IMG/VR virus record: IMGVR_UViG_3300032883_000203
Length of the DNA stretch: 39,624 nt
DNA from: a virus
Direction: 5' to 3' (one strand)
The translations under genes and the position numbers were made by a program. Below, one piece after another: positions 16,186-23,452 of the stretch. The notes below the pieces were generated by a model, which was not told where the DNA came from, did not search any database, and worked only from the letters and a program-made list of their open reading frames with translations. Position 1 is the stretch's first letter; each line of letters begins with the position of its first letter.

Positions 16186-16404
16186 ATGGACAACGATCTT
16201 TCTTATGACGACATCACCCTGATTGCGGATGCAATGGACTTCCGCAAGATCCTGACGGTCTACGACCGGATCGGATTCGAGGCCGCCTGCGACGAGCTCG
16301 CTGCCCAGTTCGACAAGGCACGCGAGGAACTCCCCGAACCCGATGACACCGAGCACTGGCTTGACAATGTCAACCGTGCTCGCGACATGAATGCGGAGCG
16401 TTGA
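16186..16404 (+). CDS. Highly acidic early protein, 72 aa
   Basis: First ORF of the early arm; AGGAA RBS; by my count about 20 D/E versus 8 K/R. Confidence 0.55.
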   Translation: MDNDLSYDDITLIADAMDFRKILTVYDRIGFEAACDELAAQFDKAREELPEPDDTEHWLDNVNRARDMNAER

Positions 16405-16595
16405 TCATGAGCTACGCAACGGTGCAATTTCATCACGTGACGTCGGTCGAGTTGGACAAGACCGTATGGGAGAACGGGCAGGCGTACTTGTCCATCTCCG
16501 TGAAGGACAAGGACGGGCAGAGCATGGACATCATGCTCTACGCCATGACGTCCGAGCCGTTCGATGTTTTGTGTCCCGACAAGGAGGAAGTATGA
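16401..16595 (+). CDS. Hypothetical protein, 64 aa
   Basis: ORF with an ATGA overlap to the upstream gene. Confidence 0.5.
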   Translation: MIMSYATVQFHHVTSVELDKTVWENGQAYLSISVKDKDGQSMDIMLYAMTSEPFDVLCPDKEEV

Positions 16596-16855
16596 GCAAG
16601 CACACACCGGGACCGTGGAATCTCGCCCCAAAGGCAGTAAATCACCAACTCCTGTATGGCCCGGTGCCGGGTCTGATTGCGGACATTCACAAAGATGAAG
16701 ACGCTCGCCTGATCGCGGCAGCGCCGGATCTGCTGGCGGCGCTGCAGCATCTGCTGTTGACGATTGGCAGCGACCCCGAACTGGAAGAATACTTGGAAAC
16801 CGGATCGGCTCTTGCCCGCGCCGCCATCGCCAAGGCTACGGGGGAGACACCATGA
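16592..16855 (+). CDS. Hypothetical protein, 87 aa (start MSKHTPGPW)
   Basis: AAGGAGGAAG immediately upstream of ATG 16592; the PGPW...AAAPDLLAALQ pattern is common in small phage proteins. Confidence 0.55.
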   Translation: MSKHTPGPWNLAPKAVNHQLLYGPVPGLIADIHKDEDARLIAAAPDLLAALQHLLLTIGSDPELEEYLETGSALARAAIAKATGETP

Positions 16856-16953
16856 ACGAGTACTTCATCCACCCAGCCCTCGCCATCCTCCTCATGTTCA
16901 TCGCATGGCTCGCCGGCATGATCATGGGCGCTGTACTGCTGGTAGGCGGCTAG
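16852..16953 (+). CDS. Micro membrane peptide, 33 aa (MNEYFIHPALAILLMFIAWLAGMIMGAVLLVGG)
   Basis: ATGA overlap with the upstream stop; one hydrophobic helix. Confidence 0.4.
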   Translation: MNEYFIHPALAILLMFIAWLAGMIMGAVLLVGG

Positions 16954-17042
16954 TGTGCTGGCTCATCGGCGCCCTGATTTACCTCGCGCTGATGGTCATC
17001 ACGCTGGCCCTGTTCGCAATCAACAAACGAGAGGATGACTGA
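16953..17042 (+). CDS. Micro membrane peptide, 29 aa (GTG start; CWLIGALIYLALMVITLALFAINKREDD)
   Basis: GTG overlaps the upstream TAG; one hydrophobic helix. Confidence 0.3.
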   Translation: MCWLIGALIYLALMVITLALFAINKREDD

Positions 17043-17253
17043 CATGAAGCCCATTCACACAGTCGGCGGTCCGTTGTCCGAACTGGTCAAGACGCCCCAG
17101 ACCTATCAAGCCCATCCCCTGTATTACCCCTTCCAGCTGCAGCCATTCACCACCCTGGCAGACCGCAACGAGGCGAAGCGCCAGAAGGCCATCGCCTGGC
17201 TGGGCACCCGCTGGATACTCCACCCGCAGAACAAGGTCGCGAGGATGCCATGA
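17035..17253 (+). CDS. Hypothetical protein, 72 aa (alternative start ATG 17044 has better GAGAGG spacing)
   Basis: ORF track. Confidence 0.45.
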   Translation: MTDMKPIHTVGGPLSELVKTPQTYQAHPLYYPFQLQPFTTLADRNEAKRQKAIAWLGTRWILHPQNKVARMP

Positions 17254-17372
17254 CCATGCTGATCATGATCGTTGTCTGGTTCGTGTGTCTGTTCGCCTTC
17301 CCGCCGCTGGCCGTGGTACTGGGCATCTTCTGGGCCGTCATGCTGCTGTTCAGGAGCGAGTCCCATGAGTGA
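17250..17372 (+). CDS. Micro membrane peptide, 40 aa (MTMLIMIVVWFVCLFAFPPLAVVLGIFWAVMLLFRSESHE)
   Basis: ATGA overlap upstream and an 8-nt overlap downstream; strongly hydrophobic. Confidence 0.4.
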   Translation: MTMLIMIVVWFVCLFAFPPLAVVLGIFWAVMLLFRSESHE

Positions 17373-17943
17373 GCAACAGCACATCGCGACCTACGAACTC
17401 GAGCACCGCATCTGGTCAGCACTGGATGCGCTCAGTACCGGGACATGGACCCCGGAAGATCTGTCCATGATTCGCTACAGCACCGGCCTCAACTACCAAC
17501 CACCTGAAAGGAACATGAACGTGCCTAATCTCTCGGAAATGACCGGCGGAAAGTATCTCAAACAGCAAGATTTTCCAGCCCCCAAATTGCTGACTTTGAC
17601 CCATTTGACCAAAGAACAAGTGAATCGCGATGATGAGCCCGTAGTAGTTAAGTGGGTAGGTTACTTCAAGGAAACTGACCGCGGACTTGTGATGGGGACA
17701 ACGAAGCTCAATATGCTCGCTGCCATTTTTGGGTCAACCGTTTCCGAAGACTGGCACGGCCCAATCGTGGTCTATACAAATCCGAACGTAATGTTTGGCG
17801 CAAAGGTTACTGGAGGTCTGGAGATTCGCGCTCCCAAGAAGCAGACCGCCCCGGAGAAGATTGCCGAGGTAGCTGCTCGGGAACAGGCGAAGAAGCCCAT
17901 CGCTGCTTTTGACGAAGACGACCTCGATTCGATTCCTTTTTAG
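17365..17943 (+). CDS. Putative ssDNA-binding / replisome-recruiting protein with an SSB-type acidic C-terminal tip, 192 aa
   Basis: C-terminus ...AAFDEDDLDSIPF resembles the bacterial SSB tail (DFDDDIPF); a flexible Lys/Ala/Glu linker precedes it; sits next to the Gp157-like gene. Confidence 0.45.
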   Translation: MSEQQHIATYELEHRIWSALDALSTGTWTPEDLSMIRYSTGLNYQPPERNMNVPNLSEMTGGKYLKQQDFPAPKLLTLTHLTKEQVNRDDEPVVVKWVGYFKETDRGLVMGTTKLNMLAAIFGSTVSEDWHGPIVVYTNPNVMFGAKVTGGLEIRAPKKQTAPEKIAEVAAREQAKKPIAAFDEDDLDSIPF

Positions 17944-17945
17944 AC

Positions 17946-18452
17946 ATGGCCAACTCACCCGCTTTGTATCAGTTATCGGATCAGTACCTGCACGACCTGG
18001 AAGCCCTCCATGACTCCGACTTGCCTGATGTGGTGGTACAGGACACGCTTGCTGGTCTGGCGGGTGAGCTTGAGGATAAAGCTACCGCTGTTGCTATGTT
18101 TGCTCGCAATCTGGAAGCTGCGGCTGAAGCTATCAAGCTGGCGGAGGGCAAGATGGCCGAGCGCCGCCGAGCCATGGAACGCCGGGCCGATGCCATCCGC
18201 AAGTACCTCAAGGACAACATGGAGCGCACGGGCATTTCCCGCATCGAGTGCCCGTACTTCACGCTCAAGATCGCCCGCAACCCGCCCGCGGTAGTGGTGG
18301 ACGATGCCCACGCCATCCCCGCCGACTTCTGGGTACAGCCACCGCCACCACCGGTACAGCTCGACAAGAAACAGGTCGCAGCCACCATCAAGGCCGGTGC
18401 CCAGGTGCCCGGGGCGCATCTCGAGCAGGGCACCCGGCTGGTGATCGAGTGA
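17946..18452 (+). CDS. Siphovirus Gp157-like protein, 168 aa
   Basis: ALYQLSDQYLHDLEAL...coiled coil...ISRIECPYFTLKIARNPPAVVVDD...IPADFW pattern of the Gp157 family as I recall it. Confidence 0.55.
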   Translation: MANSPALYQLSDQYLHDLEALHDSDLPDVVVQDTLAGLAGELEDKATAVAMFARNLEAAAEAIKLAEGKMAERRRAMERRADAIRKYLKDNMERTGISRIECPYFTLKIARNPPAVVVDDAHAIPADFWVQPPPPPVQLDKKQVAATIKAGAQVPGAHLEQGTRLVIE

Positions 18453-19159
18453 ATGAGCTGGCTCTTTTCGCGGGCGCTGGTGGAGGCATCCTTGGCGGGC
18501 ACCTACTGGGATGGCGGACCGTCTGCGCCGTCGAGGTCGATCCCTACGCAGCAAGCGTACTTGCCTGCCGACAGAATGAAGGCATTCTCCCGCCTTTCCC
18601 GATTTGGGATGACGTTCGGAGTTTTCGAGGAGAAGTATGGCGAGGCATTGTTGACGTGGTATCTGGCGGCTTTCCCTGCCAGGACATCAGCATCGCCGGA
18701 AAGGGCGCCGGAATTGACGGCGAGCAGTCGGGACTCTGGTCTCACATGGCGCGGATCATTGGCGAGGTTCGACCCCGCTATGCGTTCGTGGAAAACAGTC
18801 CAGCTCTCATTACTCGCGGACTCGGACGAGTGCTCAGTGATTTGGCCGCGCTCGGGTATGACTGTAAATGGACAGTGCTGGGAGCTGATGCCTGCGGATT
18901 TCCTCATCACAGAGCCCGATTGTGGCTGGTTGCCAACTCCAAGCGGAGTGAACGGCGGGAGGAATCACACGATGGGCCGCGTGGACGAATGGGGAGGGTC
19001 AAGCAACCCGCTTCGGGGAACAGAGATTGGCAAAGCGTTATCACCCAATTTCGAGGAGATCGTTATGGGCTTCCCGATAGATTGGACCGCACTGACTGCA
19101 TTCGAAACGCACAAGTTCCGCTCGTGGCGGCAACAGCATGGCGACTGCTGACGTCATGA
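18449..19159 (+). CDS. DNA (cytosine-5) methyltransferase, short type, 236 aa (GTG start)
   Basis: Motif I LFAGAGGG; motif IV GGFPCQDIS; motif VI FVENSP; motif VIII PHHRARLWLVA; C-terminal GLPDRLDRTDCIRNAQVPLVAATAW (motif-X-like). GTGA overlap upstream and ATGA overlap downstream. Confidence 0.8.
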   Translation: MNELALFAGAGGGILGGHLLGWRTVCAVEVDPYAASVLACRQNEGILPPFPIWDDVRSFRGEVWRGIVDVVSGGFPCQDISIAGKGAGIDGEQSGLWSHMARIIGEVRPRYAFVENSPALITRGLGRVLSDLAALGYDCKWTVLGADACGFPHHRARLWLVANSKRSERREESHDGPRGRMGRVKQPASGNRDWQSVITQFRGDRYGLPDRLDRTDCIRNAQVPLVAATAWRLLTS

Positions 19160-19482
19160 AGCTCCACAAGTACGGCGCCGTGCGTACCCAGGTGGATGGC
19201 ATCAGCTTTGCCAGCAAGGCCGAGGCAGCGCGCTACAAGGAACTGAAGCTGCTCGAGAAGGCCGGCGAGATATTCGGTCTACAGATGCAGCCCCGCTTCC
19301 CGATTGATGTTAACCAGGTTCATATTTGTGATTATGTTGCCGACTTCAAATACCACAGGTACCTGGACTCAGGCCATCAAGTGAATGTGGTCGAAGATGT
19401 GAAGGGAGTTAAAACGCCCGTGTACCGGCTCAAGAAGAAACTTGTGCTTGCCCTCTACGGAATCGTCATCAAGGAGATATGA
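19156..19482 (+). CDS. DUF1064-like protein (restriction-endonuclease-fold, putative junction resolvase/nuclease), 108 aa
   Basis: KYGAVRTQVDGISFASKAEAARYKELKLLEKAGEI..L..QP.F...ICDYVADFKY...VEDVKGVKT.VYRLKKKL. Confidence 0.6.
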   Translation: MKLHKYGAVRTQVDGISFASKAEAARYKELKLLEKAGEIFGLQMQPRFPIDVNQVHICDYVADFKYHRYLDSGHQVNVVEDVKGVKTPVYRLKKKLVLALYGIVIKEI

Positions 19483-19661
19483 CCATGCGCACCATCATCA
19501 TTGCACTTGCCATGTTTGCGGCCCCCGCACTGGCGCAGCAGGACAGCTGGACCTGTACCCAGACCGGCAACGTCATCACGTGCCAGGGCTTCCAGAACGG
19601 GCGCTGGGTCGTCTGCCAGACCACGCGCATCGGCAACCAGACCAATACCCAGTGCTGGTGA
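19479..19661 (+). CDS. Small secreted four-Cys protein, 60 aa
   Basis: Signal-peptide-like MTMRTIIIALAMFAAPALA|QQ, followed by four Cys in about 40 residues. Confidence 0.5.
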   Translation: MTMRTIIIALAMFAAPALAQQDSWTCTQTGNVITCQGFQNGRWVVCQTTRIGNQTNTQCW

Positions 19662-19662
19662 C

Positions 19663-19905
19663 ATGATCGACACCAAGGCAGTGCGGTCGCTGCTAACCAG
19701 CACAGAGACTTTTGTAGATGGTGCAGAGGTTGAACTCGGCAAAGCCCTTCGCCAATGCGCGGACGAGATCGACGCGCTGAAGAGGGCCATTGAACAGTGT
19801 ATCGCCATGGCAAACGGCAGGGAAACGGAATGGGGCGAGCGTGCGGAGTCAGCATTCGAGTTTCTACACGAAGCCATCGATCGCGCACGGAAGGGGACGA
19901 CATGA
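19663..19905 (+). CDS. Hypothetical protein, 80 aa
   Basis: ORF (internal ATG of a track ORF) starting 1 nt after the upstream stop. Confidence 0.45.
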   Translation: MIDTKAVRSLLTSTETFVDGAEVELGKALRQCADEIDALKRAIEQCIAMANGRETEWGERAESAFEFLHEAIDRARKGTT

Positions 19906-20123
19906 GCGAGAAACTATGGCCGGATGTTCACATGGCTGAATCAGTGCCGGCGAGCAGTCAAGTCTATCTGGCAGACGAGGCTGACGAGATCATCCGGGCA
20001 CTGCGCTCCGAACGCGACACCCTGCGCGAGTTGGTGCGGGAGGCTTACGAAGAAGCGGACTTAGGCTGGCTTGGAACCAAGTGGGACGAGCGCGCCGAGA
20101 AGGCACTGAATGCTGACCGCTGA
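19902..20123 (+). CDS. Hypothetical acidic protein, 73 aa
   Basis: ATGA overlap with the upstream gene. Confidence 0.45.
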   Translation: MSEKLWPDVHMAESVPASSQVYLADEADEIIRALRSERDTLRELVREAYEEADLGWLGTKWDERAEKALNADR

Positions 20124-20308
20124 ACGATTGCGCGATGTGCTGGAATATGACCCGTCTGGGGGTGAGCAAAAGACCATCCGGAAAATGGATCTGTCGAATC
20201 GTTGTTGCCGGCGCTTCGGTACACATCGGAACCTTTCCAACCGCTGAGGCCGCACATGCTGCCTACGTGTACGCCAAGCGCACGCATCATAAGTACGGGA
20301 CACTCTGA
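20110..20308 (+). pseudogene. Decayed HNH/AP2-type homing endonuclease: N-terminal leader plus AP2-like DNA-binding tail in two frames, nuclease core deleted
   Basis: Frame 1: MLTAERLRDVLEYDPSGG..., stop at 20247. Frame 2 from GTG 20162: VSKRPSGKWICRIVVAGASVHIGTFPTAEAAHAAYVYAKRTHHKYGTL. The frames meet at a G5 run. Confidence 0.55.
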
Positions 20309-22314
20309 TGCTCGTGTATTTATTCGACGGAACTCATACCGGCCTGTTGGTCGCATCGAACGTGATGCCGCTGGCCATCGGGCTGATCGGGGCCAACATC
20401 AGGCGTGAGATCCCCGAGGCCCGCGTGGAACTGTTCAAGTACCCGGATGACCTCGACGCCGCCCTTGCCCGCAAAGTCCCCGACGTGTTCGGCATCAGCA
20501 ACTATTCATGGAACTGCGAGCTGGGCAACGCCTACATGGCCCGCATCAAGCACCGCTGGCCCCATGTGGTCTGTATCGCAGGTGGCCCCAACTACGACAA
20601 GGAAACTGCTCATGAGTACTTCGAGCGCTACCCCGCCACGGACTTCTACGTATTCGAAGAAGGTGAGCTTGCCGTTGTGCAGCTGCTTCGGGTTCTTGCT
20701 GAACGGGGTTTCGCAACTCATGGAGTGCGAGTGCCAGGCTGCCACTACATGGAGGGAGGCAAGCCCGTACAACCGGAGAACCTTCCACGTCTGCGATCCC
20801 TCGACGATCTCCCGAGTGCATACACATCAGGATTGATGGACAAGTTCTTCGATGGCGTGCTGATACCCATGACGCACACCACCCGCGGCTGTCCGTTCTC
20901 CTGCACCTTCTGCACCGAGGGCAACAGCAACTGGAACCGTGTAGCGAAGCGAAGCACCCTGTCGGACGACCTCGAGTACATCGCACCCAGGGTCGGCACC
21001 ATCCGCGACCTGTACCTGTCCGATGCAAACGTGGGCATGTTCAGCGAGGACAAGGACAAGGCCCGCGCTATCCGCTCCGTGCAGGACCGCTACAAGTGGC
21101 CCGAGTACATCCACTGCTCAAGCGGCAAGAATCACAAGGAAAGAGTGCTGGAGTTTGCCGAGATCGTCGGCGGCAAGATGGCTGTCAGTGCTTCCATGCA
21201 GTCCACGAACAAGGCTGTGCTACAGAACATCAAGCGCGAGAACATCAGCGTAGAGCAGCTCGTGGACGTGGCCAGGGCCGGCAGCAAGATCGATGCGAAT
21301 ACCCATGCCGAGATCATCTTGAACCTGCCGGGCGACACGCTGGAGGCCCATATCCAGAGCCTGAAGGATGCCGTTAACTCGGGCGTGTCCTACCTGCGCA
21401 TGTATCAGTTGATCATGTTGCCTGGCACGGAGATGAACAGTCCGGAGACCCGGGCAAAGTACGGCATCCGCACCCACTGGCGCGTCATGCCGCGCTGCTT
21501 CGGTCGCTATCACTTCCAGGGAGAGTCCTTTGACTGCGCAGAGATCGAGGAAATCGCCACTTCTCAAGCAAGCCTCCAATTCCCACAGTATCTCGACGCT
21601 CGCGAATGGGCTCTTACGGTCGAGATATGCCACAACGCGAACGTATTCCGTGAACTCTTCGGGCTCTGTGCTGTTTCGGGACACGAATGGTTTCTACTAC
21701 TCACTCGCTTCCATGAACGACGGCGGGACCATCTACGTGAACTGTACGACCAGTTCCGACAGGAAACCGTCGCCCCCCTCTGGGAAACCCACGAAGAAGC
21801 CCTGAAGTTCGCGTCCACCCACATCGACCAGTACCTGACCGAAGCCCTGGGCGTTAACGAGCTGTTCAACGCCAAGGCGGTTGCGTTCTTCGAGCTACAA
21901 GACAAGGTGCACGACGCCCTGTATGGCGAGGCCATGCGGCTCATGCCCGAATATGGAGAGTACCTTGAGCAAGCAAAGAGTTTCAGCCTTCAAAGGAAGC
22001 AGCGCCTCCTGGACCCTGAGCCGGGACGAGTCGAAAGATACGACTACGATTTCGCTGCGCTACTCGAGTCAGACTTCGCCGGAGATCCTCACAGCCATCG
22101 ACGCCCTGTTACGGTTGGTTTCTTCCACGACGCCGATCAGCGGGACTACATAGACCAGCTCGTGCACCAGTACGGGACCACCAACACGGGCCTCGGCCGC
22201 ATCCTGCTGCGCTCGCACGTCAAGAAGTTGTTCCGCAAGGTCCAGATCAATGGGGTGGAGACCGAGCGCGGGTTCGAGAACCAGTACAGACGCAGTACCA
22301 ACCTCGGTGACTGA
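20308..22314 (+). CDS. B12-binding-domain (class B-like) radical SAM enzyme, 668 aa
   Basis: N-terminal Rossmann-like ...VVCIAGGPNY...TDFYVFEEGELAV; radical SAM cluster motif CPFSCTFC (CxxxCxxC, nt 20890-20913); long helical C-terminal extension. Confidence 0.75.
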   Translation: MLVYLFDGTHTGLLVASNVMPLAIGLIGANIRREIPEARVELFKYPDDLDAALARKVPDVFGISNYSWNCELGNAYMARIKHRWPHVVCIAGGPNYDKETAHEYFERYPATDFYVFEEGELAVVQLLRVLAERGFATHGVRVPGCHYMEGGKPVQPENLPRLRSLDDLPSAYTSGLMDKFFDGVLIPMTHTTRGCPFSCTFCTEGNSNWNRVAKRSTLSDDLEYIAPRVGTIRDLYLSDANVGMFSEDKDKARAIRSVQDRYKWPEYIHCSSGKNHKERVLEFAEIVGGKMAVSASMQSTNKAVLQNIKRENISVEQLVDVARAGSKIDANTHAEIILNLPGDTLEAHIQSLKDAVNSGVSYLRMYQLIMLPGTEMNSPETRAKYGIRTHWRVMPRCFGRYHFQGESFDCAEIEEIATSQASLQFPQYLDAREWALTVEICHNANVFRELFGLCAVSGHEWFLLLTRFHERRRDHLRELYDQFRQETVAPLWETHEEALKFASTHIDQYLTEALGVNELFNAKAVAFFELQDKVHDALYGEAMRLMPEYGEYLEQAKSFSLQRKQRLLDPEPGRVERYDYDFAALLESDFAGDPHSHRRPVTVGFFHDADQRDYIDQLVHQYGTTNTGLGRILLRSHVKKLFRKVQINGVETERGFENQYRRSTNLGD

Positions 22315-22315
22315 C

Positions 22316-22519
22316 ATGCGGTTACGAACGCCACGACGGTACAAGCCCAACATCACTTTTAAACGACATGGCAGCAGATACGAAGCTGTCGTGGTACTGG
22401 CAGAAACGCCGCGTTCATCCTCACCAATAATTGTCGAAGGGTTCGGCAAATCCATGATTGAAGCTGCCCGCAATGCCAACAACGCGCTACAGCGTTTCCT
22501 CAGAGCTAATCGGTACTGA
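22316..22519 (+). CDS. Small basic protein with a dsRBD-like signature, 67 aa
   Basis: YEAVVVLAE......IIVEGFGKSMIEAARNANNALQRFL matches the dsRNA-binding-domain C-terminal pattern (G.G.S...A...AA..AL..L). Confidence 0.35.
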   Translation: MRLRTPRRYKPNITFKRHGSRYEAVVVLAETPRSSSPIIVEGFGKSMIEAARNANNALQRFLRANRY

Positions 22520-22522
22520 CAA

Positions 22523-23452
22523 ATGAAAATCCTGCTCACTGGCGCAGCCGGCTACGTCGGCTCTGCGCTACATCACAAGCTTCTGGATGCTGGCCATGAA
22601 GTAACCGGCATAGATACCGAATGGTTCGGGCGAAGCGAATGTGATGTAGAAAAGTTCGATGTCCGCAAGCTCGACCAATCCAGATTAGACAATCTGGGAG
22701 GTTTCGAGGCCATCATCCACTTGGCCGCCATCAGCAATGACCCGTCGGTGTCGCATTACCCGCGGCTGTCGTGGGAGACCGGGGTACTGGCTACACAGCA
22801 GCTCGCGCAGATGGCATCCAAGACGGGTTGCCGGTTCATCTATGCCAGCTCGGTGAGCGTGTACGGAGCCGACCGCGGGCAAGTCGTGGAGGACATGGAC
22901 CTGCACCCGCTGTCGGACTACAACAAAACCAAGATGTGCGCCGAGCGAGTGTTGCTCAGTTACCCGGAGATCCGCCCCCAGATCATCCGCCCGGCCACCA
23001 TCTGCGGACTGTCACCCCGCATGCGGCTCGACCTCACTGTGAACCTGTTCACCATGCAGGCGCTGATGAACGGCGTCATCACGGTGCACGGTGGGCAACA
23101 GTACCGGCCCAGCATCCATATCGACGACATGACGGATCTTTACCTGTTCATGCTCGACCATCCGGAACTGACGGGCATCTACAATGCCGGATTCGAGAAT
23201 CACCAGCTGATCGAGATAGCCCGGACCATCGGCCACATGACCGGCGCAAAGGTGGTGGTGACCGAGCAGAAGGACACGCGCAGCTACAGGGTCAACTCCG
23301 ACAAACTGCTGGCGACCGGCTTCAAGCCGAAGAAGAACATCCGCATCGCCATTGCCGAGCTCGTCATCGCATGGGAGGCCGGCACCCTGCAGGACCTGCC
23401 GCAGTGGACGAACCTCACCTGGATGCAGCACCTGGGGATCAAGGATGAATAA
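22523..23452 (+). CDS. Extended SDR (NAD-dependent sugar epimerase/dehydratase family), 309 aa
   Basis: ILLTGAAGYVGS Rossmann motif; ASSVSVYG; catalytic YNKTK. Confidence 0.8.
   Translation: MKILLTGAAGYVGSALHHKLLDAGHEVTGIDTEWFGRSECDVEKFDVRKLDQSRLDNLGGFEAIIHLAAISNDPSVSHYPRLSWETGVLATQQLAQMASKTGCRFIYASSVSVYGADRGQVVEDMDLHPLSDYNKTKMCAERVLLSYPEIRPQIIRPATICGLSPRMRLDLTVNLFTMQALMNGVITVHGGQQYRPSIHIDDMTDLYLFMLDHPELTGIYNAGFENHQLIEIARTIGHMTGAKVVVTEQKDTRSYRVNSDKLLATGFKPKKNIRIAIAELVIAWEAGTLQDLPQWTNLTWMQHLGIKDE

Noticed and set aside
20202-20408. 68-aa plus-strand track ORF and the minus-strand ORFs at 19990-20356 around the endonuclease relic
   Set aside because: They overlap the relic and the radical SAM start in other frames, have no RBS or motifs, and are better explained as shadows of the decayed HNH/AP2 gene.
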